Notes under the pieces: generated by a model
What the model was told of the DNA's origin: nothing
Database searches by the model: none
What the model saw: the letters and a program-made list of their open reading frames with translations, nothing else
Shown: one piece after another, positions 44,286 through 51,229 of the stretch
Layout: the number at the start of each line of letters is the position of its first letter
Position numbering within the stretch: position 1 is the first letter of the stretch
Source of the DNA: an uncultured Gemmatimonas sp.
GTDB taxonomy: Bacteria; Gemmatimonadota; Gemmatimonadetes; Gemmatimonadales; GWC2-71-9
Assembly (NCBI GenBank): GCA_964649225.1
Contig: CAZYPO010000001.1
Span: 27,202-91,201, forward strand
Length of the DNA stretch: 64,000 nt
Reading direction: 5' to 3'
Position numbers and translations under genes: made by a program

Positions 44286-45150
44286 TCCCCGCCTCAAGCT
44301 CGCGAATGATGCGTTCCGGCAGGCGAGGGTCGGCGAGCTGCCCCGTCCCGATGGCCACGAGGGCGGCACCCGCGGCGAGGTACTGGCGCACGTCGTCGGC
44401 GCAGCGGACTCCCCCTACGCCGATCACCGGAAACCCGGGCAGGCGCTCCCGGATTCTGCGCACCGCGTGAACGCCGATCGGCAGCAGGGCAGGACCGCTG
44501 ACTCCGCCGTTCCCGGTTCCCAGGCGGGGACCGCCACCGGTGGAGAGATATCCGGGCATCGTGTTGACCGCGCTGATTCCGTCCGCCCCGGCCTCGACTG
44601 CGGCGGCGGCAATACCGGCCAGATCGGCAAGGGCCGGAGACAGCTTGGCGATTATCGGCCGCTGCGTCGCGGCCCGACAGCCCTGCACCACCCGGCGCAC
44701 CGCTTCGGGATCGGCGCCAAATTCGACGCCGCCGGCACTCGTGTTCGGGCAGGAGAGATTGAGCTCGTAGGCCGCGATCCCGGCGATGCCGTCGAGGCCG
44801 GCAATCACCTCAGCGTATTCGTTCTCGGTGAACCCGACCACGTTGACCAGGATTCTCGCGCGGGTGAGCCGGCGGGCGAGCCAGGGCAGCGCCTCGGCGC
44901 GAACTCGCTCGAGGCCCGGGTTGGCGAGCCCCACCGAGTTGAGCATGCCACCGGTGAATTCCGCCACGCGCGGAGCCGGGTTGCCGGCGCGCGGCTGTAG
45001 CGAGACCGCCTTGGTCACGATCCCGCCGAGGCGATCGAGCTCCATGACGCCGTCGAGCTCGCGCCCGAAGCCCGCAGTGCCGGCGGCGAGTAGAATTGGA
45101 TTCTGGAACCGGGAACCGAAGACGTCGCGAGCCAGCGACCCAGCCGTCAC
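44278..45150 (-). CDS. pyrD: dihydroorotate dehydrogenase, class 1 (Cys catalytic base)
   Basis: 'FQNPILLAAGTAGFG', 'ELNLSCPNT', 'GGVSGPAL'. No pyrK is adjacent. Confidence 0.88.
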   Translation of the reverse strand: MTAGSLARDVFGSRFQNPILLAAGTAGFGRELDGVMELDRLGGIVTKAVSLQPRAGNPAPRVAEFTGGMLNSVGLANPGLERVRAEALPWLARRLTRARILVNVVGFTENEYAEVIAGLDGIAGIAAYELNLSCPNTSAGGVEFGADPEAVRRVVQGCRAATQRPIIAKLSPALADLAGIAAAAVEAGADGISAVNTMPGYLSTGGGPRLGTGNGGVSGPALLPIGVHAVRRIRERLPGFPVIGVGGVRCADDVRQYLAAGAALVAIGTGQLADPRLPERIIRELEAGNG

Positions 45151-46334
45151 TGCCTGTTCGCGCGGGTGCTGGAGACGGCCGACACGGGCCCCTGTCCCAC
45201 CTTGCGCTCGTACTCGAGGAGATACGCGACGATGGCGTCGGCGATCGAAGCCGCGAGGTTTTTCTGCGACGTGCCCCCGGTGAGCAGTTTGGCGTCCTGC
45301 GCGTTGGTGCTGAAACCCGTCTCGATGAGAATGGCCGGGCGGCGCGCCGTCGTCAGCACCATGAACCCCGCCTGCTTGACGCCCAGGTCCGGACCGGTGT
45401 GGGACTCCTGCAGGTACGACTGCACCAGCTCGGCGGCGCGGGCCGACTCGCGGAGGTGCTCGTTGAGCTGCAGGTCCTTCAGGATGTAGTCGAGCCCCCA
45501 GGCCGGCTCGGCGCTATCCTCGGAGCCGTCGAACCGGATCGCCTCGTTTTCCATGCGGGCCACTCGCGCCGCATCCTCGGTCTTGGCCTCGGCCAGGAAA
45601 TACGTCTCGAAGCCGCGCACCCGGCTGAAGCCGGCGCGCCGCGGCAGCGAGTTCACATGGAGGCTTACGAACAGATCGCATTCGGCCGTGCAATAGCCGC
45701 CCCGGCGGCGCAGCTCGATCAGGGTGTCGGTCTCTCGCGTCATGACGACGCTCACCCCGCGGCGGCGCAATTCGTCCCGCAGCAGCAGGCTCAGATCGAG
45801 GGTGACATCCTTCTCCCGCAGACCGTCCGGAAAGAACAATCCGGGATTCCCGGGATCCACTCCGCCATGCCCGGCGTCAACGGTGACGACGTGTCCCTTG
45901 CGGAGACCGTTGGGAAGTCGATTGGGGTCCTTCGCGGGAGGCCTGGCGGCGATCGTCGCAGGAGCGCCGTCCGCAAGACGGGCGAGCCGCGCGTCGTAGC
46001 GGAATCTCCCCGCCAGCGCTCGCGGCAGCACCTCCGTGACGAACTGAATGGGGAGCAAGAGGGTGTCGCGCCGGATCGCGGCGGAACCGACCAGGGGATA
46101 GACCTCTCCGTCCAGGGCGAAGAGCGGAGCGCCGAGGTAGAAGCGGAAGCTCTTGCCTCCCACGCCGATTTCCGCCCAGCCCGCGCCGAGCGTGGCCTTG
46201 GCATCGAGGGCGGGCAGCAGCAGGGGCGCGGCGAGCACCGGACCGGAAAGCGGATCCAGCCGCACCGGGATGCGAGCCTCTCCCCGAGCTGATTGGATCA
46301 GGACGACCAGCGGGGCAATCGCGGCGAGCAGCAT
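45147..46334 (-). CDS. N-acetylmuramoyl-L-alanine amidase (Amidase_3) with an N-terminal AMIN-like region
   Basis: 'VVTVDAGHGGVDPGNPG', 'DLFVSLHVNS', 'ILIETGFSTN'. Signal-like N-terminus. Confidence 0.85.
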   Translation of the reverse strand: MLLAAIAPLVVLIQSARGEARIPVRLDPLSGPVLAAPLLLPALDAKATLGAGWAEIGVGGKSFRFYLGAPLFALDGEVYPLVGSAAIRRDTLLLPIQFVTEVLPRALAGRFRYDARLARLADGAPATIAARPPAKDPNRLPNGLRKGHVVTVDAGHGGVDPGNPGLFFPDGLREKDVTLDLSLLLRDELRRRGVSVVMTRETDTLIELRRRGGYCTAECDLFVSLHVNSLPRRAGFSRVRGFETYFLAEAKTEDAARVARMENEAIRFDGSEDSAEPAWGLDYILKDLQLNEHLRESARAAELVQSYLQESHTGPDLGVKQAGFMVLTTARRPAILIETGFSTNAQDAKLLTGGTSQKNLAASIADAIVAYLLEYERKVGQGPVSAVSSTRANRQ

Positions 46335-46813
46335 CAGTGCTGTTTCAGGGCGCGCGCCATCTCGCGGTCGGCGAGGCGGCGTTTGATGTCTTCACGACGA
46401 TCATGGGTCTGCTTTCCTTTCCCCAGAGCCAGCGCGACCTTGGCCCGCCCGCCGAGGAAGTAGATCTCGAGTGGTACCAGCGTGAAGCCCTTCTTTTCGA
46501 CCCCGCCGATCAGCCGTTCGATCTCCCGGCGATGCATCAGCAGCTTGCGGGAGCGGACCGGTGCGGGGTTCCAGCGATTCCCCTGCTCGTACGGGGTAAT
46601 GTGCATCCCCTCGAGCCAGACCTCGCCGTTGCGCACCAGCGCGTAGGCTTCCTTGATCGAGGCCTTCCGGTTTCTGAGGCTCTTGACCTCCGTGCCAGTG
46701 AGCACGATTCCAGTCTCCCAGGTCTCCAGGAGATGGTAGTCGTGTGAGGCCCGCGGATTCCGTGCCACGGATATCCGGGCCTTGGGGGCGGCCGGGGGAC
46801 TCGTTTGGCTCAT
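46334..46813 (-). CDS. smpB: SsrA-binding protein
   Basis: 'NPRASHDYHLLETWETGIVLTGTEVKSLR' and 'GFTLVPLEIYF'. No tmRNA gene was seen in the window. Confidence 0.93.
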   Translation of the reverse strand: MSQTSPPAAPKARISVARNPRASHDYHLLETWETGIVLTGTEVKSLRNRKASIKEAYALVRNGEVWLEGMHITPYEQGNRWNPAPVRSRKLLMHRREIERLIGGVEKKGFTLVPLEIYFLGGRAKVALALGKGKQTHDRREDIKRRLADREMARALKQH

Positions 46814-46868
46814 AAGTGATGCTCGGAGCGGAAGATAGGCCGCAGAATGGGGGCAGGCAACGCGTCGC

Positions 46869-46898
46869 TTGACCGGGCAGAGGGGGGGGTCCTACCTT
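46869..46898 (+). promoter_or_regulatory. candidate promoter of tRNA-Leu
   Basis: TTGACC(46869-74)-18 nt (containing a G8 run)-TACCTT(46893-98). The mature tRNA 5' end is 10 nt downstream. Confidence 0.4.
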
Positions 46899-46907
46899 TG
46901 GCCCCTC

Positions 46908-46991
46908 GCCGAAGTGGTGGAACTGGTAGACGCGCGGCGTTCAGGGCGCCGTGGGCGCAAGCCCGTGGGGGTTCGAGTCCCCCCTTCGGCA
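46908..46991 (+). tRNA. tRNA-Leu (anticodon CAG), class II with a long variable arm; CCA not encoded
   Basis: Hand-folded. Acceptor GCCGAAG/CTTCGGC with discriminator A. D-arm GTG..CGC. Anticodon stem CGGCG/CGCCG with loop TTCAGGG (CAG at 46942-44). Variable arm GGGC-GCAA-GCCC. T-arm GGGGG-TTCGAGT-CCCCC. Total length 84 nt. Confidence 0.93.
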
Positions 46992-47004
46992 CTCAGGTCG
47001 GACC

Positions 47005-48135
47005 TCAGTACCGCGCCATCCCTCCCTCCACCTCCGCCGCCCACGCATCAATTCCGCCCGCCAGGCTTCGCGCCCTGAATCCCGCGCCTTGCAGCAGCTG
47101 TTGCGCCATAAGGGAGCGCGCGCCCTTGTGACAAACGGTGACGATCTCTGCACCGGAGTCCAGCTCCCGGAGCCGATCGGGGAGTTGGCCCAGCGGCAGG
47201 AGTCGGCTGCCCTCGATCCGCGCAATTTCCCACTCCCAAGGCTCGCGTACGTCCAGCACGAGCGGAGGGTCGCCATTCGAAAGCCGCATCGCCAGCTCGC
47301 TTGCCGTCAATTCGCTGGCGCCGGCGTGACCCGCGCCGGCGACGCCGCAGAAGGCCTCGTAGTCGATGAGCTCGGTCACACTGGGATGCGCGCCGCAGAC
47401 CTGGCACTCGGGATCCCGCGTAACGCTCAGCTCGCGGAATTTTACCCGTAGGGCATCCACCAGAAGCAAGCGGCCGATCAACGGCTCGCCCGCCCCGAGG
47501 ATCCACTTGATCGCCTCGAGGGCCTGCAGGCTGCCCACCAGCCCCGGCAGCACGCCGAGCACGCCGGCCTCGGCGCAATTGGGGACGAGATCGGGAGGAG
47601 GCGGATCGGCAAAGAGGCACCGGTAGCAGGGGCCCCCCGGGGCGGCGAAGACAGAAACCTGGCCATCGAAGCGAAAAATGCTGCCATAGACATAGGGTTT
47701 CCCGAGCAGCACCGACGCATCGTTCACCAGGTAGCGCGTGGGAAAATTATCGCTGCCATCAATGGCGAGGTCGTAGGCGCCGAGGATCTCGCGGGCGTTC
47801 TCCGCGCCGAGCCGGACCGGATAGCAGTCCACCGTCACGTGGGGGTTGAGATCGGCGAGGCGCTGCCGGGCCGACTCGGTCTTAGGGTGACCCGTAGCAG
47901 CGGTGCCATGCAGGATCTGGCGCTGGAGGTTGCTCAATTCCACCACGTCGCCGTCGACGATGCCGAGTCTGCCGACCCCGGCCGCGGCGAGATACAAGGC
48001 GGCCGGCGAGCCGAGTCCCCCGGCGCCGACCAGTAACACGCGGGCGCGCCGCAGGCGTTCTTGTCCCGAGGTGCCGACCTCGGGAAGGGTCAAATGGCGG
48101 GCGTAACGGACGAGCTCAGGAGGGGAAAGCGGCAA
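47005..48135 (-). CDS. moeB: MoeB/ThiF-type adenylyltransferase fused to a C-terminal rhodanese domain (MoeZ-like)
   Basis: 'RYARHLTLPEVGTSGQERLRRARVLLVGAGGLGSPAALYLAAAGVG..ELSNLQRQILH', a CxxC pair ('CYRC','CQVC'), and a rhodanese 'CHKGARS' loop. Confidence 0.88.
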   Translation of the reverse strand: MPLSPPELVRYARHLTLPEVGTSGQERLRRARVLLVGAGGLGSPAALYLAAAGVGRLGIVDGDVVELSNLQRQILHGTAATGHPKTESARQRLADLNPHVTVDCYPVRLGAENAREILGAYDLAIDGSDNFPTRYLVNDASVLLGKPYVYGSIFRFDGQVSVFAAPGGPCYRCLFADPPPPDLVPNCAEAGVLGVLPGLVGSLQALEAIKWILGAGEPLIGRLLLVDALRVKFRELSVTRDPECQVCGAHPSVTELIDYEAFCGVAGAGHAGASELTASELAMRLSNGDPPLVLDVREPWEWEIARIEGSRLLPLGQLPDRLRELDSGAEIVTVCHKGARSLMAQQLLQGAGFRARSLAGGIDAWAAEVEGGMARY

Positions 48136-48138
48136 CGG

Positions 48139-48597
48139 TCAGCGGTCGACGGTCAACGGCACCAGCTCGGGCGCCGCCGGCTGTTCCTTGAGGAGATCGG
48201 CCAGCGTAATGCCGGACAGAAAGTCGTCCACTCGCCGCTGCAGCGCGTGCCAGACGGGGCGGATGGAGCAGTTGCTCGAAGGGTCACAGCGCTCCGCATC
48301 CACCGGATGGGAGGTGCAGTTCATCTCGAAGGTCTGATGCTCAGAAGCCGTCATCACGTCGAATACGGTGATTCGACCGGGCTCGCGAGCCAGGTAGTAG
48401 CCACCCCGGGCACCCCGGACGCTCTCCACCAGACCGGCCCGGCGGAGCCGCAGCAGGATCTGCTCGACGTAATCGGCCGGCAGACGCTCGGCTTCCGAGA
48501 GCTCGCGCGCCGCCACGGGCTCGCTGCCTTCCCGGCCCCGGCGGGCCAGGTGCAGCGCGATGATGAGACTGTACTCCGTCCAGGTGGTTACCCGCAT
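48139..48597 (-). CDS. Rrf2-family transcriptional regulator (three Cys; possibly Fe-S binding)
   Basis: Trimmed to ATG 48597 (MRVTTWTEYSLIIALHLA). wHTH 'LPADYVEQILLRLRRAGLVESVRGARGGYYLA'. Cys triad in 'NCTSHPVDAERCDPSSNC'. Confidence 0.85.
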   Translation of the reverse strand: MRVTTWTEYSLIIALHLARRGREGSEPVAARELSEAERLPADYVEQILLRLRRAGLVESVRGARGGYYLAREPGRITVFDVMTASEHQTFEMNCTSHPVDAERCDPSSNCSIRPVWHALQRRVDDFLSGITLADLLKEQPAAPELVPLTVDR

Positions 48598-48661
48598 GCG
48601 GGGAATATCCCTACGACAGGGAGGGGGGACAAGTTCGGGAGGGTTCGGTAGCTTAGGGCGC

Positions 48662-49783
48662 ATGGGCCGGCCTCTCCTGCTCCCCCTGCTCCTCCTCGCG
48701 CTGGCCCGGAGCGGTGCGGCCCAGCTCGTGGCGGTGCGTGCCCCGCGGGGAACCCTTACGGGGACAGTTCAGGACAGCGCGAGCGGCCTTCCGGTGGGAT
48801 ACGCGCTCGTCGTACTGGTCGAATCGAATCAGCGGGTCTTCGCGACCGAATCGGGCCACTTCACCCTCACCGGCCTGACTTCGACCCGGGCCACTCTGCG
48901 CGTCCAGCAGATCGGATACCGGGCCGTCAGCCTGTCGCTCAATGTGGATGCGGCTCCCGGAGCACCGGTCGGATCACCGGGCCTCCTGGTGCGGCTGTCG
49001 CGGCAGGTCTTCGTGCTGCCGGACCTCGTGGTGCAGGGCGACATCTGCACCGGGGCCGAGGCGCTCGCCACCGGGGAAAGCGGCAGCATCCTCGACGAGG
49101 CCTTCAAGAACGCGGAGCGGTTGCTCAGCCTGCAACAGGCTTACCCGTATCGCGGCGCGTTCCAGCGGGTGACCATGATTCTCAACGCGGTCTACGAGCG
49201 AACCAGCGGGTGGGTGGATACCGTGCGTTACGACAGCAGAGCCGTGACCGGCTATCGTCGAGGCAAAGTCCTGGAAGCGGGAGCGCGCCGGGGCGGGCGG
49301 GAGTTTGCCAACTACTTCACGACCTCGGACATCGCCCGGGAAGAATTCCGGAAGTCGCATTGCTTCTGGTACGCGGGCCGGGACAGCCTCGACGGCTTCT
49401 CGGCGTACCGGGTCGATTTCGCGCCGACCAAACGGACCAGGACCACCGACTGGGCTGGCTCCCTACTGATCGACTCGACCACCATGCGGCTGCTGCGCTC
49501 GGAGGCCCACCTGGTCAATCTTCCGAAGCGCGGCACCACCTTCGGCTCGGCCCTCTGCACGGTGCTCTACCAGGAAACCGTGCCGACCCTGGTGCAGGAA
49601 TTCCAGGCGCGCTGCGTCATTGCCCAGCTCTCCCGGCCGCCGTCGTACGTCGTGGAGCGGTGGCTGCTGATCGAGCATGTTTTCATCGGACGGCGTCCCG
49701 ACGGCAGCGAACCCCCGCCTGCGGGGTCGGTGCCACCCGAGGCGGATGGCACTGCTCCGGCCGCGCCCCGAGAATCCTCGTGA
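48662..49783 (+). CDS. secreted hypothetical protein with an N-terminal carboxypeptidase-regulatory-like (CarboxypepD_reg) domain
   Basis: Trimmed to ATG 48662. Signal peptide 'MGRPLLLPLLLLALARSGAAQ'. 'GTLTGTVQDSASGLPVGYALVVLVESNQRVFATESGHFTLTGL' is a typical CarboxypepD_reg strand pattern. The rest is unassigned. Divergent from the Rrf2 gene. Confidence 0.6.
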   Translation: MGRPLLLPLLLLALARSGAAQLVAVRAPRGTLTGTVQDSASGLPVGYALVVLVESNQRVFATESGHFTLTGLTSTRATLRVQQIGYRAVSLSLNVDAAPGAPVGSPGLLVRLSRQVFVLPDLVVQGDICTGAEALATGESGSILDEAFKNAERLLSLQQAYPYRGAFQRVTMILNAVYERTSGWVDTVRYDSRAVTGYRRGKVLEAGARRGGREFANYFTTSDIAREEFRKSHCFWYAGRDSLDGFSAYRVDFAPTKRTRTTDWAGSLLIDSTTMRLLRSEAHLVNLPKRGTTFGSALCTVLYQETVPTLVQEFQARCVIAQLSRPPSYVVERWLLIEHVFIGRRPDGSEPPPAGSVPPEADGTAPAAPRESS

Positions 49784-49818
49784 ATCCTCGAAGCGGCGGG
49801 CCAGAGCGTTTTCTTTGT

Positions 49819-51219
49819 CTACTGCCCCACCTCGGCGGCGCAGCCCGGTAGCGAAGCCGCATCCGACCGCGCCAGGCACTCGTTGTTGGGGAACGGCATC
49901 TTGGTGAAGAACTTGCCGCCGGTCACCATGCGCGGGAGCGTAGTCAGCTTGCCGTAGTGCCTATAGTCGATCCAGCTGTGCCCCCCCTCCCAGAGCAGCG
50001 AGTACCGCTTGTTGTAGAGCAGTTCATCGAGCACCGCGGCCGCGGTACCCGAGCCGGTATAGGGCCCGAGGCCGCCGGAGGTCGCCCGGATGAAATTGAT
50101 GTCCACCAAGGCTGGCCCGATGTTCCCGAGCCCGAGATTCGCCTCTGCTCGCAACAGAATCAGCTCCTCGTTCCGGACGATCGGCACCGGTGTGACGTTG
50201 CTCGGATAGATCGCAAAGTGCTTGTCCGACGTAATGGTTGCAGTCCCGGAGCTTCCTTCACCGACCTCCCCCGTGGTGATCTTGGTGCTGACGCGCAGGT
50301 CACCCGGCTGCGCGGAGGTCACCAGCAGCGCATTCGCTCGGATGACCGGCGTGCCCTGGAGGATGTTGTTGGTGGCGTCCCCCGAGCCGAGACCATAGGT
50401 GTGGTAGACGCCGGTGGAGAGCGGGGCGCCGGTATTGAGGAACGATTGCCCCAACGCTGTGAGCGCATTGGCCCAGTCGTTGGTGTACACGGCCACCCGG
50501 GCGCGGATGGCGCGATTCACCTTGAGAAAGTTCGCCGGCGTGTCGAAGCCGGTGAACCCCGCTCCGAGCTGGAAGGAGAACGCCGACCCTGCGGCCCCCA
50601 GATGCGTTTGGGCCTCGTTGAGCAGCACGACGATCCGCGCGTAGACCTCGGTCTTGCTCGCGATCGCGCCGGGCTCTCCGGTCGGCGAGCGGTCCACATC
50701 AATCACCGCTCCATTCGCATCACGCGTCACGATGACCCGGAGGAGCTCCAGTGCCTGAACCGTTTTGGCAAAGCCCCGGATGCCCTCCTTCTGGGCATCG
50801 CTGAGGCCGACGGGGGGTGGGGCCAGGTTGTCGGTCGCGTGGAGCACGACGACCGTGTTCCGAATGTTGGCGTAGCGTAGGGCCCAGAAATTGGCGCCGA
50901 AGGCCCCTGAGCCCGGATCGAGCGGACCCGTGATCATTTCATCGATGTAACGGGGGTCCGAATTGGTGTTCAGATTGAACCCTTCGCGGCCCATGGCGCC
51001 GAGCAAGGGAATCCACCCGTTGGGCTCGGCAATCCCCGTACGCAGACCAACGAGCAATCCGGTCGCGGCGGTATTCAGTCCAACGGGAGTCGGGTTGGTC
51101 TCGAGCTCCGTGAGCCCAGGGTTGTTCAAATCGGCGATGTCCAGGGTGTGGCAGCCCGCGAGGGCCAGCGTGCCCAGGAATGCCGTCGCGATGCGGTGTG
51201 TCAGTGTCATGGCAGGCAT
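49819..51219 (-). CDS. susD: SusD/RagB-family outer-membrane nutrient-binding lipoprotein
   Basis: Lipobox 'LALAGCH'. Size, helical/TPR-like content and position immediately downstream of a SusC-type gene all fit. Ends '..AAEVGQ'. Confidence 0.78.
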   Translation of the reverse strand: MPAMTLTHRIATAFLGTLALAGCHTLDIADLNNPGLTELETNPTPVGLNTAATGLLVGLRTGIAEPNGWIPLLGAMGREGFNLNTNSDPRYIDEMITGPLDPGSGAFGANFWALRYANIRNTVVVLHATDNLAPPPVGLSDAQKEGIRGFAKTVQALELLRVIVTRDANGAVIDVDRSPTGEPGAIASKTEVYARIVVLLNEAQTHLGAAGSAFSFQLGAGFTGFDTPANFLKVNRAIRARVAVYTNDWANALTALGQSFLNTGAPLSTGVYHTYGLGSGDATNNILQGTPVIRANALLVTSAQPGDLRVSTKITTGEVGEGSSGTATITSDKHFAIYPSNVTPVPIVRNEELILLRAEANLGLGNIGPALVDINFIRATSGGLGPYTGSGTAAAVLDELLYNKRYSLLWEGGHSWIDYRHYGKLTTLPRMVTGGKFFTKMPFPNNECLARSDAASLPGCAAEVGQ

Positions 51220-51229
51220 CCTCCTGGCC

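Noticed and set aside
46810-46992. 60-aa minus-strand ORF 'MPKGGLEPPRACAHG...'.
   Set aside because: It is the antisense translation of the tRNA-Leu gene. The 'GGLEPP' peptide is the usual signature of a translated T-arm.
46813-47005. tRNA-Leu locus considered as an integration hotspot or genomic-island boundary.
   Set aside because: There is no integrase, no direct repeat of the tRNA 3' end, and no compositional shift visible on either side. The flanking genes (smpB, moeB) are core.
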